A DNA stretch of 64,000 nucleotides from Candidatus Omnitrophota bacterium (lineage in GTDB: Bacteria > Omnitrophota > Gorgyraeia > Zapsychrales > Zapsychraceae), in assembly GCA_035292445.1 (NCBI GenBank), contig DATDQB010000023.1, positions 89,533 to 153,532 of the forward strand, in the 5' to 3' direction. The position numbers and the translations under genes are program-made. The notes below the pieces were generated by a model that saw only the letters and a program-made list of their open reading frames with translations, had not been told where the DNA came from and ran no database searches. This document shows positions 58,764 to 64,000 of the stretch, piece by piece (the first letter of the stretch is position 1; each line of letters begins with the position of its first letter).

Positions 58764-58817
58764 TAAATTACCAGTTTCTATTTGCCCCTTGAAGGAGCGG
58801 TAGGTATAATAAGCTTG

Positions 58818-59831
58818 ATGATTCGTACTATATTAATATTAGTAATAATTTTATCTTTTTTTTCGATCTCTTCGGCTCAGGAAGATGCTTTAGAAGGCTC
58901 CACAGGCGCAGAACCCTTCGGTGAGTTCAGCCAGTCTTTAGAAGATCAAAAAAATGAATTCGATACTATTAAGCAGGAAATCGGTCGCCTTCTTGTTGAT
59001 AACAAGAAATTTGAGGCCGAATATCAGGCGCTTAAGCAACAATTGGATGAGCTTAAGGGCACTTTCGAGACCAAAGAAAAGCGGTTTGAGAAATTTGTGC
59101 CCAAAAATATGGAAGAGGAAAGGGACCAGCAGAGGCGCATAAATTCTCTTAAAGCGTTGTATCAGGATGTGGAGAAATTAAAGAACGAGATCATGATGAA
59201 AAAAAGCAGGACGACGTATTTGACGACGCAGCTGATCGACTTGGAGGAGAAACAAAGGCTTTGGAAGATGAAGCTCACGGAGCTGGAGATCACCAAACGC
59301 GAAATAGAGCTGGATATCCGCATGAAAGAATACGAAGTAAATGAGCACCAGCGCGGGAAAGACGCAACGCTTAATGAGCTGCAGGATAAAATCCAGAAAG
59401 CCTTGGATGAAGAGCGTGAATTGTTAAGCCGCATTTCCGCCATTGAAGACGGCGTTTATTATTCCCCGGCCAAGGCCGTGGAATTGGAAACGCAGAATGA
59501 TGAGCTTACGTTGAGGGTCCAGTCGCTGGAAAAAGACCTTGAGTTCGCGCATCGGGAAACTGAAATCCTGGAAAAAAAGCGGTTATTGGCCAGTAAATCC
59601 CGGGGGAGTTCGATCCTTAAGAAACAAGTGGAGAAAAGGGAGTTGGAAGGCCAGGTGGAAGAACTTCGCAGGCGCATGGAACAGCTTAATGCCTTAATGG
59701 ATGAATCTATTGCGCGCAAAGCCGAAAAAGAAGGCCTTCTCCAGAGCTTTGTTCAGATGGAGCAGGATAACCAGAAACTGCGTACCCAAATTGAAGAAAT
59801 GGAAAGCAAAATAAACTCCTTCAATAATTAG
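58818..59831 (+). CDS. Secreted coiled-coil protein
   Basis: Signal peptide followed by E/K/Q/L heptads over about 290 aa. Confidence 0.75.
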   Translation: MIRTILILVIILSFFSISSAQEDALEGSTGAEPFGEFSQSLEDQKNEFDTIKQEIGRLLVDNKKFEAEYQALKQQLDELKGTFETKEKRFEKFVPKNMEEERDQQRRINSLKALYQDVEKLKNEIMMKKSRTTYLTTQLIDLEEKQRLWKMKLTELEITKREIELDIRMKEYEVNEHQRGKDATLNELQDKIQKALDEERELLSRISAIEDGVYYSPAKAVELETQNDELTLRVQSLEKDLEFAHRETEILEKKRLLASKSRGSSILKKQVEKRELEGQVEELRRRMEQLNALMDESIARKAEKEGLLQSFVQMEQDNQKLRTQIEEMESKINSFNN

Positions 59832-59929
59832 TATTAATATTATAAGTCCCGCCTGTTCCGCCCCTCTTCAAGCTTCTATAATAATTGGCATTTTCCAAGA
59901 AAATGATATAGAATATGGAACGAAATTTA

Positions 59930-60097
59930 GCCCCGCACCTTTGTTGCCGAATATATAAATTCCCGAAGGTGCGGGACTTAATTGAGTTCACCCCGCCCTT
60001 TGGGAACGAATTGTTTCAATTATAGTTTTACCCAAAAGGGCGGGGTTTAATTCGCGCTAATCACTTGCGTCGCAATAATGCTCCGCAAGTGATGCGC
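59930..60097. repeat. Three consecutive hairpins in the lrp leader
   Basis: CCCGCACCTT/AAGGTGCGGG; ACCCCGCCCTTTGGG/CCCAAAAGGGCGGGGT; ATCACTTGCG/CGCAAGTGAT. Confidence 0.75.
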
Positions 60098-60115
60098 TCA
60101 TTAAAGGAGCGGACT

Positions 60116-60601
60116 ATGGACGAAATATTGGAAATTTTATCCAACGATGCGCGCATTTCTGTTGAGGAGATAGCGAAAATGACCGGAATCAGCAAGGAAA
60201 CGGTGCGCAAAGCCATCAAGAAGTATGAGAAAGACGGCACTATTGTTAAATATAAGACGGTGATCAACACGGATCTTTTGGAAGGGACCAAGCCGCCGGT
60301 GCGGGCGCTGATAGAGGTCAGCGTTTCACCTCAAAAAAATGTCGGTTTCGATCATATTGCGGAACGGATGTATAGCTTTCCCGAGGTCACCAGCTGTTAT
60401 CTCGTTTCGGGGGCGTATGACCTTCTGCTGGTCGTTCAGGGAGAGGATTTGCAGACTGTTTCCAACTTTATAGCTTCCAAACTTTCTCCCATGGAACATG
60501 TGCGCAGCACGTCCACTCATTTTCTTTTGAAGAAATACAAAGAAGACGGGCAGGTTTTAAAGAAATCGGTAAATAAAAGAAGGTTGAATATTTCGTATTA
60601 A
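60116..60601 (+). CDS. Lrp/AsnC family regulator
   Basis: AAGGAG RBS; DARIS..EIA HTH; YLVSGAYDL; THFLLKKYK. Confidence 0.92.
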   Translation: MDEILEILSNDARISVEEIAKMTGISKETVRKAIKKYEKDGTIVKYKTVINTDLLEGTKPPVRALIEVSVSPQKNVGFDHIAERMYSFPEVTSCYLVSGAYDLLLVVQGEDLQTVSNFIASKLSPMEHVRSTSTHFLLKKYKEDGQVLKKSVNKRRLNISY

Positions 60602-60605
60602 TCCC

Positions 60606-61757
60606 ATGAATATCGATATTTCCAAAAAAGTTGAAAAAATGGCCCCTTCGGGGATCCGCGCGTTTTTTGACCTCGTCCTGGGGATGAAAGACGTCATCTC
60701 CCTGGGTGTCGGCGAACCGGATTTTGTCACGCCTTGGCATATCCGGGAGGCGGCCATTTATTCGCTGGAGCAAGGATACACTTCCTATACCTCCAATAAG
60801 GGCATGCCCGAGCTGCGCAAACAGATCGGCCATTTTTTGAAAAACCGCTATGGCATGAGTTATGATTGGGACGAGGAAGTCCTGATCACGGTCGGCGTCA
60901 GCGAAGGCCTGGATTTGGTGATGCGCGCCATCCTTAATCCGGGCGATAAGGTGCTGGTGCCCGAGCCGGCGTATGTTTCCTATGTCCCCACGGTGGAATT
61001 GGCCGGCGGAAGACTGGTGATCCTTAAAACGGATATCAGAAATGGATTTAAGCTCACCCCCGAGCAGATCCAAAGGGTCGTTTCCAAGGGCGTCAAAGCG
61101 CTCATGATCAATTATCCCTGCAACCCGACAGGGGCTTCTTATACAAAAGAAGAGCTTTTGAAAATCGCCGCCGTTGTTAAAAAGCACAATTTGTTGGTCA
61201 TCAGCGATGAGGTTTATGATGAGCTGACATATGATTTTGACCACACGCCGCTTTCTTCCCTTAAGGGCATGAAAGATCATGTGGTTTATTTTAACGGCTT
61301 TTCCAAAGCGTACGCGATGACCGGATTCCGTTTAGGCTATGCGTGCGGCCCCCGCAAAGTCATTGCCGCCATGACAAAGATCCATCAATACACCATGCTA
61401 TGTGCTTCTATCACCGCTCAAATGGCAGCGATGGAGGCCCTGCGCCACGGCTCCAACAGCGTGCAGATGATGAAGCGCGAATACAAAAGGCGCCGGCAGT
61501 TCATTGTCGATGCGTTAAATGATATCGGGCTGGATTGTCATCTGCCGGAAGGGGCATTCTACGTGTTTCCTTCCATCAAAAAGACGGGGCAGAAGTCCAT
61601 GGATTTTGCCAAGGACCTTTTAAAAAAGAAGAAAGTCGCGCTCGTGCCGGGCATCGCGTTCGGGCCCAGCTGTGAAGGGCACGTGCGTATTTCGTACGCT
61701 TCCAGCTATGACAGCCTCAAAGAAGCCGTCATTCGTATCAGGAGTTATTTAAGCTAA
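60606..61757 (+). CDS. PLP-dependent class I/II aminotransferase
   Basis: SLGVGEPDF, NYPCNPTG, SDEVY, GFSKAYAMTGFRLGY. Confidence 0.95.
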   Translation: MNIDISKKVEKMAPSGIRAFFDLVLGMKDVISLGVGEPDFVTPWHIREAAIYSLEQGYTSYTSNKGMPELRKQIGHFLKNRYGMSYDWDEEVLITVGVSEGLDLVMRAILNPGDKVLVPEPAYVSYVPTVELAGGRLVILKTDIRNGFKLTPEQIQRVVSKGVKALMINYPCNPTGASYTKEELLKIAAVVKKHNLLVISDEVYDELTYDFDHTPLSSLKGMKDHVVYFNGFSKAYAMTGFRLGYACGPRKVIAAMTKIHQYTMLCASITAQMAAMEALRHGSNSVQMMKREYKRRRQFIVDALNDIGLDCHLPEGAFYVFPSIKKTGQKSMDFAKDLLKKKKVALVPGIAFGPSCEGHVRISYASSYDSLKEAVIRIRSYLS

Positions 61758-61758
61758 C

Positions 61759-62157
61759 ATGTATGATGACGAACCCATCGAAGAAACTGATCTGGATTTC
61801 GAGATAGCCTTTTACGAGGGGCTCATCCGCAAGAAGCCCGACTTTGCGGAAGCTTTAAAGGCCTTGGGGGATCTGTATACCAAGAAAGGCTTTACCGAAA
61901 AAGGGCTCCAGGTGGATGAGCATCTTTCCCAATTGGAGCCCGCCAATCCGGTCGTGCTGTATAATTTGGCGTGCAGTTATTCTTTATTGAATCAGACCGA
62001 TAAGGCGCTTCGCAGCATCAAACGCGCTATCAAATGCGGTTATCATGATTTTGAGCACATCAAGGAAGACAAGGATTTGGATAATTTGCGTAAAGACGGC
62101 CGGTTCACCCGCTATCTTTTAAGGGTTGAGAAGAAAATCAAAGAAGAAATCGTCTAA
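61759..62157 (+). CDS. TPR protein
   Basis: ALGDLY, YNLACSYSLL, D.DL..LR.D.RF. Confidence 0.8.
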   Translation: MYDDEPIEETDLDFEIAFYEGLIRKKPDFAEALKALGDLYTKKGFTEKGLQVDEHLSQLEPANPVVLYNLACSYSLLNQTDKALRSIKRAIKCGYHDFEHIKEDKDLDNLRKDGRFTRYLLRVEKKIKEEIV

Positions 62158-62162
62158 TTCGT

Positions 62163-63269
62163 ATGGGAGACAGCCCACAGTCCAAACAATACCATAAAAT
62201 CAAGAACCTCACCTTTTTTTTAAGCCTTACCTTGGATGCGTTGATCTTACTTATCTTTTTCTTTAGCGGCCTGAGCCTGCAGCTAAAAAATTTTGTAACG
62301 CAATATTCATCGCACGCCTTATGGGCCAATGGGCTCTACGTATTTATTTTTTCTTTGGGCATGTACCTTTTTCACTTTCCGCTCAATGTATTCTCCGAAT
62401 TCAAGTTGGAGCATAAATATCAGCTGTCCAACCAAACCTTCGGCGCCTGGCTGAAAGACGACCTTAAAAAAGTTTTCTTAAGCTTTCTCATCTTTTTGTT
62501 ATTTGTCGAGGTGATCTATGTTCTCCTCGGGCGTTACCCAAACCGCTGGTGGGTGGGGGCCGGAGTGTTTTGGCTTCTCGTCAGCTTCGTCCTGGCCAAG
62601 CTGACGCCCCATGTCATCGTGCCGTTATTTTTCAAATACCAGCCGATCCAGAACGAATTGCTCAAGAAGAAAATATTTGATCTGTTTAAGATGTGCGGCG
62701 TGGCCTTGAAAGACATTTACGCCATTGACCTTTCTGCCAAGACAAAGAAGGCCAACGCTTTTTTATGCGGGTTGGGGCGCAACCGCCGCGTTGTCTTAAG
62801 CGATACGCTTTTATCCAATTTTAACGAGGAAGAAATTGAGGCGGTTGTCGCTCATGAGCTGGCGCATTATAAGCATCACGACATTCTTAAACTTTTATCG
62901 ATTAATAGTGCCGTGATCTTTTTCGGGTTTTACCTCATTCATCTATTTTTTCAATACGCGAAGGAAGCGTATTCGTTGAGCGGGCTGGACGACATTTCAT
63001 TCTTGCCGATGGTGTTGGTGAGTTTTCTTTTGTTCGGCTTTATGGCCTCGCCCGCGTTGAACGGTTTCAGCCGCATGATCGAGCGCGAGGCGGACCGTTT
63101 TAGCATTGAGAAAACAAAGAAACCCGCCGTTTTTGTTTCGATGATAAAAAAGCTGGGGGAGATGAATTTGGCCGAGTTTGAACCCGACCGATGGATCGAG
63201 TGGCTTCTCTACGACCATCCGCCTATCGGCAAACGTATCGCTTTTGCCGAAGGTTTCATTAGTCATTAA
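62163..63269 (+). CDS. M48 (Ste24/HtpX-like) metallopeptidase
   Basis: NAF..G, DTL, AHELAH, ER.AD, YDHPP..RI. Confidence 0.93.
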   Translation: MGDSPQSKQYHKIKNLTFFLSLTLDALILLIFFFSGLSLQLKNFVTQYSSHALWANGLYVFIFSLGMYLFHFPLNVFSEFKLEHKYQLSNQTFGAWLKDDLKKVFLSFLIFLLFVEVIYVLLGRYPNRWWVGAGVFWLLVSFVLAKLTPHVIVPLFFKYQPIQNELLKKKIFDLFKMCGVALKDIYAIDLSAKTKKANAFLCGLGRNRRVVLSDTLLSNFNEEEIEAVVAHELAHYKHHDILKLLSINSAVIFFGFYLIHLFFQYAKEAYSLSGLDDISFLPMVLVSFLLFGFMASPALNGFSRMIEREADRFSIEKTKKPAVFVSMIKKLGEMNLAEFEPDRWIEWLLYDHPPIGKRIAFAEGFISH

Positions 63270-63272
63270 TCT

Positions 63273-64000
63273 ATGCATAAGAAAAACATTATCGCTTTAG
63301 CTATAATTGCCCTTTTGGTTTTCCTTAATTGTGTAGGAAACGGCTTTGTCGGTGACGATGAGATCTTGTTTGTCAAAAATCCGTTTTTTCGTTCCTGGGC
63401 CAACTTTCCAAAGATTTTCACTTCAGAGTATACCGCCGATCAGGAAGCCATTTTTAATGAACAAAAGGAGGGGATGAATTCCGGATCGGTTGCTTACCGG
63501 CCGGTTTTATCGGCAAGTTTTTTTCTAGATTACTGGCTGTGGAAGGATAAACCTTTTGGCTATCATGCCCAAAATGTTTTGATCCACATTATCAATACGG
63601 CGTTGGTCTATTTTTTCATATTTTTTATCATGAAGGATAAGGCCGTTGCTTTTATTTCGGCTTTATTGTTTTGTGTTCATCCGTTAAGGTCGGAGGCGGT
63701 GGCGAGCATCGGTTATCGCGCGGATAGTTTGGCCGCGCTTTTTGTGCTGGCGGCACTTTTGTGTTATGGGCATTATCGGGAATCCTCGAGAAGGAGTTCA
63801 TATTTTTTGTCGCACGTTCTTTTCTTTTTGTCTGTTTTTACCAAGGAATCCGCCGTTGTTTATCCCGGGCTGATCATCTCTTTTGACTGGCTCATAAGAA
63901 AGGAGGAGCCGCGGGATATTTTAAAGCATGCTCTTTCCAGATATACAGGATTTGTTTTGATCTTGGCGTTTTATCTTTATGTTTATATCAACATTTTTCC
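63273..64000 (+). CDS. TMTC-like GT-C O-mannosyltransferase, N-terminal part (truncated by window edge)
   Basis: ATG 63273: ...FVGDD...YRP......D..LW....GYH..NV..H...HP...EAV..I..RAD...KE. Confidence 0.8.
   Translation, partial: MHKKNIIALAIIALLVFLNCVGNGFVGDDEILFVKNPFFRSWANFPKIFTSEYTADQEAIFNEQKEGMNSGSVAYRPVLSASFFLDYWLWKDKPFGYHAQNVLIHIINTALVYFFIFFIMKDKAVAFISALLFCVHPLRSEAVASIGYRADSLAALFVLAALLCYGHYRESSRRSSYFLSHVLFFLSVFTKESAVVYPGLIISFDWLIRKEEPRDILKHALSRYTGFVLILAFYLYVYINIF

Overview
A 64 kb bacterial chromosomal window; the lineage looks like Omnitrophota/PVC, inferred only from the TYYPAP motif, a divergent L27 and abundant palindromic inserts. (1) 1-11.9 kb, minus strand: a FIST sensor, GAF histidine kinase and REC-GGDEF operon lies directly upstream of a c-di-GMP-I riboswitch carrying an 83-nt twin-hairpin insert. 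The riboswitch leads into a secreted S74-chaperone fibre gene and at least two tandem, mosaic, very Cys-rich secreted proteins, one with a TSP1 repeat. (2) 12-28.6 kb: housekeeping genes (tRNA-Glu, trmB, dacA-like, dsbA-like, rpmA, glmS, rsmI, VIT1), a PyrR-attenuated pyr cluster interrupted by a DnaA-box cluster, tRNA-Val and tRNA-Asp. (3) 28.6-42.5 kb: a 13.9 kb island in tRNA-Asp bounded by a CCCCGCCAT direct repeat. It encodes a large serine recombinase whose C-terminus would change on excision, a primase/helicase module, a Type I R-M system, and an AT-rich ClpP/SDH protease + 92-aa protein + PIN operon that is a candidate new defence system. (4) 42.7-64 kb: ArsR-MMPL-LolA-like-barrel export operon, a GT-C/desaturase/methyltransferase cluster, pabB/pabC, Lrp-aminotransferase, M48 peptidase and a truncated TMTC-like gene. 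All calls come from motif recognition by eye; no database searches were run.
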